From Cyanobacteria bacterium P01_A01_bin.123 (GTDB lineage Bacteria > Cyanobacteriota > Cyanobacteriia > Phormidesmidales > Phormidesmidaceae): DNA of 64,000 nucleotides. The stretch spans positions 160,001-224,000 of the forward strand of contig JBCBZT010000001.1 of the NCBI GenBank assembly GCA_039815185.1, given 5' to 3'. A model generated the notes under the pieces. The model did not search any database. It saw only the letters and a list, made by a program, of their open reading frames with translations, and had not been told where the DNA came from. The number at the start of each line of letters is the position of its first letter. The first letter of the stretch is position 1. The position numbers were made by a program, and so were the translations under genes. This document shows positions 9,560 to 19,243 of the stretch, piece by piece.

Positions 9560-11197
9560 ATGAGTACCCAACTTAACCCAGAGCGCATTCTCATTTTCGA
9601 TACAACCCTCCGCGATGGGGAGCAGTCCCCTGGAGCGACGTTAAATGTGGACGAGAAGCTGACGATTGCGCGACAGCTGGCTCGACTCGGGGTAGATATT
9701 ATTGAAGCCGGGTTTCCTTTTGCTAGCCCTGGGGATTTTGAGGCGGTGCAAAAGATCGCAGCAACTGTGGGGACAGACAACGGGCCAACTATCTGTGGGT
9801 TAGCGCGAGCAACCCGTCAAGATATTGAAACGGCAGCTAAGGCGCTTAATCCAGCGGCACATTGGCGGATTCACACCTTCATCGCGACTTCTGATATTCA
9901 TATGCAGTACAAGCTGCGCAAAAATCGGCAAGAGGTGCTAGCGATCGCGGCAGAAATGGTGGCTTATGCTAAGTCTTTCACGCCCGATGTGGAGTTTTCC
10001 CCAGAAGATGCGGGCCGCTCTGAACCCGAATTTCTCTACCAGGTGCTTGAACAGGCGATCGCAGCTGGGGCCACGACTATCAACATTCCAGACACGGTGG
10101 GCTACCTGACGCCTGCTGAGTTTGGTCAACTGATTCGGGGTATTAAAGAAAATGTGCCCAACATTGACCAAGCAATCATTTCAGTTCATGGCCACAATGA
10201 TTTAGGGTTAGCTGTCGCCAACTTTTTAGAAGCGGTGAAAAACGGAGCGCGCCAGCTTGAATGCACGATTAATGGCATTGGCGAGCGGGCAGGCAATGCG
10301 GCCTTAGAAGAGCTCGTGATGGCGTTACATGTGCGACGGTCATTCTACAATCCATTTTTGGGGCGATCGCCGGAGTCAGAAACGCCCCTGACCAACATTG
10401 ATACCCGACAAATCTATAAGACATCTCGCTTGGTCTCCAATTTGACGGGGATGCTGGTGCAGCCCAACAAAGCTATTGTCGGAACCAATGCCTTTGCCCA
10501 CGAATCGGGAATTCACCAAGATGGGGTGCTAAAGCACAAGCGCACCTACGAAATTATGGACGCCCAGTCCATTGGCTTGAATGACAATCTGATCGTGTTG
10601 GGCAAGCATTCAGGCCGCAATGCCTTTCGCTCCCGTTTGCGTGAACTGGGTTATGACCTGTCAGAGCAAGACCTGATGCGGGCTTTTGTGCGGTTTAAGG
10701 AGCTGGCTGATAAGAAAAAAGAAATCAGCGATCGCGACTTAGAAGCCATTGTCAACGATGAAACCCTCCAGTCTCCAGAGCATTTTCGCTTAGAACTGGT
10801 GCAGGTTTCCTGTGGCGACCACGCCCGCGCCACTGCGACGGTTACCCTGCGTACTCCTGATGGTCAAGAATTAAGTGATGCTGCCATCGGCACTGGGCCT
10901 GTAGATGCGGTTTATCGCGCGGTCAATCGGGTGGTGGATATTCCTAATCAGCTCATTGAATTTTCGGTACAGTCTGTAACCGCGGGCATTGATGCGATTG
11001 GGGAAGTTACCATTCGCTTGCGTCATGAAGACCGCATTTTCTCCGGCCATGCGGCTAGTACTGACATTGTGGTGGCCTCTACCCAGGCTTACATTAATGC
11101 CCTCAATCGCCTTTATACCTCACTGCAGCAGGGGGGGGCGCTGCATCCTCAGCGGGATCAGACAGAGGCTGCGATCGCGGCGACGGCCCGTATTTGA
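9560..11197 (+). CDS. leuA: 2-isopropylmalate synthase
   Basis: [40 protein letters not shown] and the C-terminal regulatory domain (GTGPVDA). Confidence 0.97.
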   Translation: MSTQLNPERILIFDTTLRDGEQSPGATLNVDEKLTIARQLARLGVDIIEAGFPFASPGDFEAVQKIAATVGTDNGPTICGLARATRQDIETAAKALNPAAHWRIHTFIATSDIHMQYKLRKNRQEVLAIAAEMVAYAKSFTPDVEFSPEDAGRSEPEFLYQVLEQAIAAGATTINIPDTVGYLTPAEFGQLIRGIKENVPNIDQAIISVHGHNDLGLAVANFLEAVKNGARQLECTINGIGERAGNAALEELVMALHVRRSFYNPFLGRSPESETPLTNIDTRQIYKTSRLVSNLTGMLVQPNKAIVGTNAFAHESGIHQDGVLKHKRTYEIMDAQSIGLNDNLIVLGKHSGRNAFRSRLRELGYDLSEQDLMRAFVRFKELADKKKEISDRDLEAIVNDETLQSPEHFRLELVQVSCGDHARATATVTLRTPDGQELSDAAIGTGPVDAVYRAVNRVVDIPNQLIEFSVQSVTAGIDAIGEVTIRLRHEDRIFSGHAASTDIVVASTQAYINALNRLYTSLQQGGALHPQRDQTEAAIAATARI

Positions 11198-11204
11198 GAG
11201 TGGA

Positions 11205-11876
11205 CTACTTAGCCTCGATTAAATAGCCGCAGCGGTGTTCCCCATTCACCAACCAGTGGGTGCGCTTCACCGTGCAGTCAGGTAAGGCCACGGCAAACAT
11301 CTCTAACTCATGGCCACAAACGCTGGGAAAGGTTTCGGCAATGTGAGAAATGGCGCAGTTGTACTCAGTAATGATGTAGCGGAGGCGATCGCTGCCACTA
11401 CCCTCTCCCTCTATATCCCCATCTGCTTCATGCCATTCGGCCATGTAGCCTTCTTGCTTGCGTAGGGCAACTAAAGCATCAACTCGTTCTTCAATGGATC
11501 CTTGGCCCATCTGAGTTCGGTAGTCCAAGGCTTTGCGCTCCCACTGTTTGCGCAAAATGTCGCCGACTTGATCTTTGCCCACGGTTTCGGCCAGGGTATC
11601 GAGCAGCGATAGGGCGAAATCGTCATATTTGGCCGGGAAGTGATCGCGTCCCTTGCGGCTCAGAACATAGAGATAATTAGGACGACCCATGCCTTCCTGT
11701 ACCGCTTGATGTTCGATCAGCGCCTCAGACTCAAGATCTTTTAGGTGCCGACGAATCGCCTGGGGACTCACTCCCAACTGCTCTGCTAAGACTTGAGCGG
11801 TAGACTCGCCGTGCTTGAGCAGATAATGCAGAATATCTTCCTTGGTTGACGGGTGCTGTAACGGGGTCATCGTCAT
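11205..11876 (-). CDS. sufR: Fe-S cluster biosynthesis transcriptional regulator SufR
   Basis: HTH (AIRRHLKDLE...GMGRP) and Cys motif EYNCAI...SVCGHEL...EHRCGY; divergent from the suf operon. Confidence 0.95.
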   Translation of the reverse strand: MTMTPLQHPSTKEDILHYLLKHGESTAQVLAEQLGVSPQAIRRHLKDLESEALIEHQAVQEGMGRPNYLYVLSRKGRDHFPAKYDDFALSLLDTLAETVGKDQVGDILRKQWERKALDYRTQMGQGSIEERVDALVALRKQEGYMAEWHEADGDIEGEGSGSDRLRYIITEYNCAISHIAETFPSVCGHELEMFAVALPDCTVKRTHWLVNGEHRCGYLIEAK

Positions 11877-11991
11877 TTCTGGAACCTCATGCCGACCTAG
11901 AACTGATATTGGCGAAACACACTGGACTAAATCACAAATCTATGGGTAGCCACAAATCAATTCAATAACTAAATCTATTCTATGACTAAAA

Positions 11992-12045
11992 CAACAAAAA
12001 CGTTGCTAAAGTGTTCTAAGATGACATTAGGCAACATTCGTGTTG
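11992..12045. promoter_or_regulatory. Two SufR operator sites CAAC-N6-GTTG
   Basis: CAACAAAAACGTTG (11992-12005) and CAACATTCGTGTTG (12032-12045), 26 bp apart, matching the established cyanobacterial SufR operator arrangement. Confidence 0.88.
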
Positions 12046-12093
12046 TTTAATTATAGAATTATTGGGTCGTGTTGTCCCACCCCCTTTTTGCAA

Positions 12094-12453
12094 ATGACTT
12101 TGAACAAACCTACACAAGCCTCCGACAAGAGCCTGGAACTGATGCGTAACTTTTCCCAGAGCTACGCAAAGCGCACTGGCACTTACTTTTGCTCTGATCC
12201 AGGGGTGACCGCCGTTGTGATTGAAGGGTTGGCCAAGCACAAGGATGATTTGGGTGCACCCCTTTGTCCTTGCCGCCACTATGAAGATAAAGAAGCTGAA
12301 GTCAAAGCAACATTCTGGAACTGCCCCTGTGTGCCGATGCAGGAGCGTAAGGAATGTCACTGTATGTTGTTTTTGACCCCAGACAACCCCTTCGCTGGGG
12401 AAAAGCAAGATATTGGTTTTGAAGAAATTCGCTCAGAGACCAGCAAATATTAA
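12094..12453 (+). CDS. ftrC: Ferredoxin-thioredoxin reductase catalytic (beta) subunit
   Basis: LCPCRHY, WNCPCVPM and ECHCMLF motifs. ATG 12094 is preferred because the longer ORF overlaps the SufR operator. Confidence 0.95.
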   Translation: MTLNKPTQASDKSLELMRNFSQSYAKRTGTYFCSDPGVTAVVIEGLAKHKDDLGAPLCPCRHYEDKEAEVKATFWNCPCVPMQERKECHCMLFLTPDNPFAGEKQDIGFEEIRSETSKY

Positions 12454-12560
12454 ACTTCTAGATCTTCGTTTTCCCTAAGCTAAAACCCCAAGCTTTCAAA
12501 TTGGATAGGGGTTAGCCCTAATCCGCCCTCAACCTTTAGCTAGTAATTTACTGATCTGCC

Positions 12561-14000
12561 ATGACTTCTAGCGTCCAGACCCTTGTCAGCCAGCCCTATA
12601 AGTATGGTTTCGTGACGGATATTGAATCCGACGCGATCGCCCGTGGGCTTAACGAAGACGTGGTTCGTGCCATCTCTGCGAAGAAGAACGAGCCGGAATT
12701 CATGCTGGAATTTCGCCTCAAAGCCTATCGCAAATGGCTGACCATGGCGGAACCGACTTGGCCCAACGTCAACTATCCGCCAATCGACTACCAAAATATC
12801 GTCTATTACTCTGCGCCCAAGCAGGCAAAAGAGAAGCTCGGTAGCCTTGATCAGGTTGATCCGACACTGCTCGATACCTTCGAGAAATTGGGTATCCCTC
12901 TATCTGAGCAGAAGCGCTTAGCTAACGTGGCTGTCGATGCTATCTTCGACAGCGTATCTGTAGCAACGACTTTTAAGGACAAGCTGGCAGAAGAAGGCGT
13001 TATCTTTTGCTCCATTTCTGAGGCCTTGCAAGAGCACGCGGAATTAGTGCAAAAGTACCTGGGTAGCGTGGTGCCGATTGGAGATAACTACTTTGCCGCA
13101 CTCAACTCAGCGGTATTTAGCGATGGATCCTTCGTGTACATCCCCAAAAACACGAAATGTCCGATGGATCTTTCCACCTACTTCCGCATTAACAATGGCG
13201 ACTCGGGCCAGTTTGAGCGGACGCTGATTGTGGCCGAAGAGGGCAGCTCAGTCACGTATCTAGAAGGATGCACTGCGCCGATGTACGATAGCAATCAGCT
13301 CCACGCCGCCATTGTGGAATTGGTTGCCCTCGACAACGCTGAAATTAAATACTCCACGGTGCAAAACTGGTTTGCGGGTGATGAGAATGGCAAAGGCGGT
13401 ATCTACAACTTTGTCACCAAGCGCGGTTTGTGCGCTGGTAAAAACTCGAAGATTTCCTGGACTCAAGTAGAAACTGGATCGGCAATCACCTGGAAATATC
13501 CGAGTTGTGTCCTCGTTGGGGATAACGCCGTCGGTGAGTTTTACTCCGTGGCGCTGACGAATAATCGCCAACAGGCTGACACCGGTACCAAGATGGTACA
13601 CGTGGGCAAAAATACCCGCAGCACCATTATTTCCAAAGGCATCTCCGCAGGTCACTCTAAAAATAGCTATCGCGGGTTGGTGAAAATTGGCCCCAAAGCT
13701 GATGGTGCCCGCAACTATTCCCAGTGCGACTCGATGTTGCTGGGGGATGAGTCTAACGCCAATACCTTCCCCTACATTCAGGTGCAAAACAGCACCGGGA
13801 AGGTTGAGCATGAAGCCTCGACGTCCAAAATTGGCGAAGACCAACTGTTCTATTTTGCCCAGCGGGGTATTTCCAACGAAGATGCCATCTCCATGTTGAT
13901 CAGCGGTTTCTGTCGAGAAGTGTTCAACGAACTGCCGATGGAATTTGCAGCTGAAGCCGACAAGCTGATGGCTCTGAAGCTGGAAAATAGCGTTGGCTAA
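12561..14000 (+). CDS. sufB: Fe-S cluster assembly protein SufB
   Basis: [55 protein letters not shown]. Confidence 0.98.
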   Translation: MTSSVQTLVSQPYKYGFVTDIESDAIARGLNEDVVRAISAKKNEPEFMLEFRLKAYRKWLTMAEPTWPNVNYPPIDYQNIVYYSAPKQAKEKLGSLDQVDPTLLDTFEKLGIPLSEQKRLANVAVDAIFDSVSVATTFKDKLAEEGVIFCSISEALQEHAELVQKYLGSVVPIGDNYFAALNSAVFSDGSFVYIPKNTKCPMDLSTYFRINNGDSGQFERTLIVAEEGSSVTYLEGCTAPMYDSNQLHAAIVELVALDNAEIKYSTVQNWFAGDENGKGGIYNFVTKRGLCAGKNSKISWTQVETGSAITWKYPSCVLVGDNAVGEFYSVALTNNRQQADTGTKMVHVGKNTRSTIISKGISAGHSKNSYRGLVKIGPKADGARNYSQCDSMLLGDESNANTFPYIQVQNSTGKVEHEASTSKIGEDQLFYFAQRGISNEDAISMLISGFCREVFNELPMEFAAEADKLMALKLENSVG

Positions 14001-14043
14001 CAGATGTTCTTGATAAATGCAAGTTTTTAACTAGGTCTTGACG

Positions 14044-14826
14044 ATGATTAACGACAGTGCCGATGTCATTCTTTCGGTTAAAAATCTCCACGCCACCGTC
14101 GAAGGCACCGAGATTCTCAAGGGATTGAACCTAGAGGTAAAAGCTGGCGAAATTCACGCCATTATGGGCCTCAATGGTTCGGGCAAAAGCACCTTCTCCA
14201 AAGTATTGGCGGGTCATCCTGACTATCAGGTGACCGCTGGTGACGTCATTTTCCGGGGACAAAATCTGCTGGATAGTGAACCCCATGAACGGGCGATCGC
14301 AGGCATATTCCTAGCTTTTCAATATCCCCTAGAAATTCCGGGTGTGACCAACCGCGACTTTTTGCGGGTTGCTTACAATGCCCATCGCAAGGCCCAAGGG
14401 GAGGAAGAGATTGATGTCTTTGACTTCGATGACCTGATCGAAGAAAAGCTGGACGTGGTGAAAATGGACGGCAGCTTTCTAGATCGCAGCGTCAACGAAG
14501 GGTTCTCAGGGGGTGAAAAGAAGCGCAATGAGATTCTGCAGATGGCATTGCTCGATCCCACTCTGTCTATCTTGGATGAAACTGATTCAGGACTCGACAT
14601 TGATGCCCTCAAAACCGTCGCTAACGGCGTTAACCAGTTGGCCAACGAAGGCAACGCCATGCTGGTGATTACCCATTATCAGCGGTTGTTGAACTACATC
14701 GTGCCTGACTACGTTCACGTCATGGCCGACGGACAAATTATTCGCACAGGCACTAAAGACTTGGCTATAGAACTAGAGACACGCGGCTATGAGTGGTTGG
14801 TCGAACCAGCTCAGGCAGCGGTTTAG
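14044..14826 (+). CDS. sufC: Fe-S cluster assembly ATPase SufC
   Basis: [52 protein letters not shown]. Confidence 0.97.
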   Translation: MINDSADVILSVKNLHATVEGTEILKGLNLEVKAGEIHAIMGLNGSGKSTFSKVLAGHPDYQVTAGDVIFRGQNLLDSEPHERAIAGIFLAFQYPLEIPGVTNRDFLRVAYNAHRKAQGEEEIDVFDFDDLIEEKLDVVKMDGSFLDRSVNEGFSGGEKKRNEILQMALLDPTLSILDETDSGLDIDALKTVANGVNQLANEGNAMLVITHYQRLLNYIVPDYVHVMADGQIIRTGTKDLAIELETRGYEWLVEPAQAAV

Positions 14827-14860
14827 GGGAAACAGCAGCGGAGTAATCAATTCAGTGATC

Positions 14861-16183
14861 ATGCAAACCCAGGCGACAACCAGCCGAGATGCTTATCTAA
14901 ATGCCCTGCTTGAGCAGGGGGGAGCCCAGCCCTCAATGGGCCTCAACCTGAACAATCTGCGATCGGCAGCCCAGGCTTTGGTGAAAGAGCAAACCTTTCC
15001 CTCCACTCGTGATGAAGAGTGGCGTTTTACCGATCTCTCAGTCCTGATGGGCATGGACTTTCAGACGGCTGAAGCAGTTTCGCCGACGGTTAGTCCGCTA
15101 GATTTGTCTGGGTTATTACTGCCCGTAGATTTAGCTGAGCGTCGGCTGGTATTTATCAACGGGATATTTGCGGCTGAGTTATCTTCTCTGACGGCACTGC
15201 CTGAAACCATAACCGTTAGCAATTTGGCAGCGCTTTACGCTGATCCTGATTGGCAACCTAAGCTCGATGCCAGGCTAGCCCAACTTCCAGGTCATCACGA
15301 AGTCTTTACGGCGCTGAATACCGCCAGCTTTGCTGATGTAGCTGTGGTTTGGGTGCCGCGCAATGTCGAAGTTGACCAGCCGATTCATCTGGTGCATATC
15401 GCCTTGCCCGGTTCGGCCCTCACCCTGACTCACCCCCGTTGCTTGATTGTGGCAGAGGCCAACAGCGCCCTTACTTTAATAGAAGAATTTAGTGGTGTGG
15501 GTGCAGACGACTATCTCACCAACAGCGTTACTGAAATTTGGCTAGATGATGCAGCCCAGGTGAATCACACGCGACTCCAGCAAGAACAAGGCGGGGCATT
15601 TCACATTGGTAAAACGGCGGTGTCCCAAGCCCGTGATAGTCGGTACGTTTGCAACGCAATCAGTCTGGGCGCAGGGTTGTCTCGCCACAACTTAGAGATC
15701 TATCAAACTGGAGCGCAAACCGATACGCGGTTGTATGGTTTGAGCGCGATCGCAGGCAACCAGCATAGCGACACACACAGCGCCATCAACCTGAGTCATC
15801 CCCACGGCACTGCTGAGCAAATTCACAAATGTATTGTGGATGATCGGGCCCATGCTGTTTTTAACGGCAAAGTATTTGTGCCTAGAGAAGCTCAACTGAC
15901 GAATGCCAGCCAGCTCAATCGCAATCTGCTGCTGTCAGACAAGGCCCGCGTGGATACTAAACCCCAGCTTGAAATCATTGCTGACAACGTTAAATGCGCC
16001 CATGGTGCAACGGTTAGTCAGCTCGAAGCTGATGAAATCTTTTATCTGCAAAGTCGCGGGATTAGCGCGGCGGAAGCCCAGCACCTCTTGCTCTATGGTT
16101 TTGCCATGGAAGTGGTTGAAAAAATTCCGATCCCATCCATTCGGGATGCTTTGACCACCCAGGTTACTCAGTTGGCTTCATAG
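14861..16183 (+). CDS. sufD: Fe-S cluster assembly protein SufD
   Basis: [46 protein letters not shown]. The start is uncertain (ORF track 14789). Confidence 0.95.
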   Translation: MQTQATTSRDAYLNALLEQGGAQPSMGLNLNNLRSAAQALVKEQTFPSTRDEEWRFTDLSVLMGMDFQTAEAVSPTVSPLDLSGLLLPVDLAERRLVFINGIFAAELSSLTALPETITVSNLAALYADPDWQPKLDARLAQLPGHHEVFTALNTASFADVAVVWVPRNVEVDQPIHLVHIALPGSALTLTHPRCLIVAEANSALTLIEEFSGVGADDYLTNSVTEIWLDDAAQVNHTRLQQEQGGAFHIGKTAVSQARDSRYVCNAISLGAGLSRHNLEIYQTGAQTDTRLYGLSAIAGNQHSDTHSAINLSHPHGTAEQIHKCIVDDRAHAVFNGKVFVPREAQLTNASQLNRNLLLSDKARVDTKPQLEIIADNVKCAHGATVSQLEADEIFYLQSRGISAAEAQHLLLYGFAMEVVEKIPIPSIRDALTTQVTQLAS

Positions 16184-16224
16184 TTTATCTGTTACGCTGC
16201 TACTCAACACACAACCCGTCCCCT

Positions 16225-17493
16225 ATGACTGTCGCCCAAGCCCGCACCCTCGCTCAAACCGTCCGCGTTGATTTCCCCATTTTGCATCAAGACGTGGGAG
16301 GTCATCCGCTGGTGTATTTCGACAGCGCCGCAACTTCTCAAAAACCCAAGGCGGTGCTAGATGCCTTGCAGCACTACTACGAATTTGACAACGCCAATGT
16401 GCATCGGGGAATCCATGCTTTGAGTGCGCGGGCTACGGAAGCCTATGAAGCCACGCGGGATAAAGTGGCCGCATTCATCGGGGCGGCGTCACGCAACGAG
16501 ATTGTCTTTACTCGCAATGCCAGTGAGGCGATTAATCTGGTGGCCTATGCCTGGGGTATGAACACCCTGAAATCCGGGGACGAAATCATCCTCAGTGTGA
16601 TGGAACACCATAGCAACCTGGTGCCTTGGCAGCTCGTTGCCCAGCGGACTGGGGCGGTGCTCAAGTTTGTGGGTCTGACTGAAACCCAAGAATTTGACTT
16701 TGCCCAATATCAGCGGTTGCTTTCAGATCAAACGAAGCTGGTGGCGATTAACCATGTGTCGAATACTTTGGGGTGTATCAACCCCGTCGAAGAGGTCATT
16801 TCCCTCGCCCATCACCACGGCGCTAAGGTACTGATCGATGCTTGCCAAAGCGTGCCTCATATGGCCCTTGACGTGCAGCAAATGGACTGTGACTGGCTAG
16901 TCGCTTCAGGGCATAAAATGTGTGCTCCAACGGGGATTGGTTTTCTCTACGGCAAGCTGGATCTACTCCAGGCCATGCCCCCGTTTCTAGGCGGTGGGGA
17001 GATGATTGCTGAGGTATCCCTAGAGCAGTCCACCTACGCTGAGTTGCCCCACAAGTTTGAAGCAGGCACTCCGGCCATTGGCGAAGCGATCGCGCTGGGG
17101 GCTGCGATCGATTATTTGATGGGTATCGGTATGGAGGCAATTGCAGACTACGAGCACGAACTCACAGCTTACCTGTATCAAGAACTCAATAAAATTTCCA
17201 AGGTAACGCTCTATGGCCCCCAACCCAAGGCCGATGGTAGTGGGCGAGCTTCTATTGCAACCTTCACCGTAGACGGCGTCCATGCCCAAGACCTGTCCAC
17301 CTGGATTGATCAGTCTGGGGTTGCGATTCGCTCGGGTCACCACTGCACCCAGCCACTCCACAAGTATCTAGGCGTCTCGTCCACGGCACGAGCCAGCCTG
17401 TATTTTTACAACACTCGCCAAGAAATTGATGTATTCATCACGGCACTCAAGGAGACGATTGAGTTCTTTAGCAGTGTGTTTGAAGAGGCATGA
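16225..17493 (+). CDS. sufS: Cysteine desulfurase SufS
   Basis: [26 protein letters not shown] (PLP Lys), RSGHHCTQP. Confidence 0.97.
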   Translation: MTVAQARTLAQTVRVDFPILHQDVGGHPLVYFDSAATSQKPKAVLDALQHYYEFDNANVHRGIHALSARATEAYEATRDKVAAFIGAASRNEIVFTRNASEAINLVAYAWGMNTLKSGDEIILSVMEHHSNLVPWQLVAQRTGAVLKFVGLTETQEFDFAQYQRLLSDQTKLVAINHVSNTLGCINPVEEVISLAHHHGAKVLIDACQSVPHMALDVQQMDCDWLVASGHKMCAPTGIGFLYGKLDLLQAMPPFLGGGEMIAEVSLEQSTYAELPHKFEAGTPAIGEAIALGAAIDYLMGIGMEAIADYEHELTAYLYQELNKISKVTLYGPQPKADGSGRASIATFTVDGVHAQDLSTWIDQSGVAIRSGHHCTQPLHKYLGVSSTARASLYFYNTRQEIDVFITALKETIEFFSSVFEEA

Positions 17494-17966
17494 TACCCGC
17501 CTGGTTAGCGATTGCATTGGTGGCAGTTCTAACCACGACTGCCCTCAGTAGTCTTACCCCAAAGCGGGGCGCAGGCTGGTTCCGCCGTCTACGTCGTCCG
17601 GAATGGCTCACCTTTGAAGGGCTGATTCCCCTAATTTGGATCACAATTTTCACCTGTGGTGGCTGGTCGGCCTACATCATTTGGAATTATGCCCCTGGGA
17701 ATCAAACAACCTGGTGGATGATGGGCGTATATTTTTTGCTGGAGTTGGTTACGTTGACCTATACGCCAGTGATGTTGACCCTGCGGCGGTTGCGGGTGGG
17801 GATGGTGATTGGAGCAACTGGGTTCGCGATCGCCCTGGCCCTGGCGATTTGGATTGCGCCACGATCGACCCCAGCGTTGCTGCTGTTGTTGCCCTACCTA
17901 CTGTGGAGCCCGGTTGGAACCTATGTAACTTGGGTGATGATGGGGTTGAATCCGGCTGATGCGTAA
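17490..17966 (+). CDS. tspO: TspO/MBR tryptophan-rich sensory protein
   Basis: [28 protein letters not shown] and several TM helices; ATGA overlap with sufS. Confidence 0.85.
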   Translation: MIPAWLAIALVAVLTTTALSSLTPKRGAGWFRRLRRPEWLTFEGLIPLIWITIFTCGGWSAYIIWNYAPGNQTTWWMMGVYFLLELVTLTYTPVMLTLRRLRVGMVIGATGFAIALALAIWIAPRSTPALLLLLPYLLWSPVGTYVTWVMMGLNPADA

Positions 17967-18033
17967 GGATGTTTGCAAAATGGCCGCAGGCGCGATCGCA
18001 AGCTAGAAAAAACACACATCTTACAATCCGCCT

Positions 18034-19007
18034 GGCATCGATATCAGCAAATCTACCTTTCACGTCGCCTTACTCAAAGGCGAGAAACAATCCAAGTATC
18101 AGCAATTTACCAACGACAGCCAAGGTTTTACTAAGTTGAGTCAGTGGCTGGGGCAGCAAGGCATTGAGCAAGTTCATGGTTGTCTGGAAGCCACCAGCAT
18201 CTACGGTCACGCCCTCGCCCTCTATCTGCATCAGCAAGGCCACCGGGTCAGCATTATCAATCCGATGCGCATCAAAGGCTATGCCAAAAGCCGCTGGCTC
18301 GCACTAAGAGCGACCGGGCCGATGCCAAGCTGATTGCTCAATTCTGCCGAGACCTGAAACCAGCGCCGTGGCAACCGTCTGAAGCAGAAGTGGCCAGCTT
18401 ACAAGCCTGTACCCGTCGCCTCGATGCCCTAGAGCAAATGCTCACCCAAGCAAAGAATCGACTCAAAATTACCCCCAAGGCCTTGAAAGCTGACATTGAA
18501 GCCCACATCCAGTTTTTACAAACGCAGGTGAAGACGGTAAAAAAGCGATTGCTCGAACATATTCAAGCCCATGATTCGCTCCAGGGGCAACACCAATTGC
18601 TCACCACCATTGTTGGGGTCGGCGACAGCACTGCGGTTGGCTGAAATTGGCTCCACCAATCACTTTGCTTCAGCCAGACAACTGGCGGCTTTTGCTGGAC
18701 TGACGCCCCAGGAGCAACTGTCGGGAACCTCCGTTTGCGGGAAGACGCGCTTGTGCAAGATTGGCAATCGGCGGTTGAGAAAGGCGCTTTACTTCCCGGC
18801 GTTGAACTTAATGCGTCGTTGTCCCCAGGCGCAAGTTTTTCGCGAGCGGCTTTTGGCAGCGGGTAAACCCAAGATGCAAGTGGTTGGTGCAATGATGCAC
18901 AAGCTGATTCGCATTATTTATAGTGTGCTTAAATCTGGCCAACCGTTTGACCCCGATAAATTGCTTCTGGCTGCACCTTGACAGCCTCATTTCAAAACAG
19001 TATCTAC
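18034..19007 (+). mobile_element. IS110-family transposase pseudogene (5'-truncated, two frameshifts)
   Basis: GIDISK...LEATSIY...INPMRIK / KSDRADAKLIA / AEIG...FAGLTP...SG...GNRRLRKALY are spread over three frames, with breaks near 18291 and 18635. No start codon precedes GIDISK. Confidence 0.9.
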
Positions 19008-19243
19008 GAGACGAGCGATCGCACTAGACCGCAATAATTCTCATCCAGTTACCCAAAAGGGTACTGCTAATCCTACTAGCTGTATTCCATACTTTAATCA
19101 AGCATATTAACTAGTATTCAATCGATAGAATTCTAGTAAAATCTCTATTTTCTGGCCTTTCTCAGATATTTGTCTAGAAAATTTTAACCCGTCGAAATTG
19201 AGTATTAAGATGCCATAAATCACATACAAAGGAGTTAAAAATC

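Noticed and set aside
18136..18981. Programmed frameshifting in the IS110 transposase
   Set aside because: Two separate breaks with apparently missing bases and a lost start indicate decay; no slippery sequence is evident.
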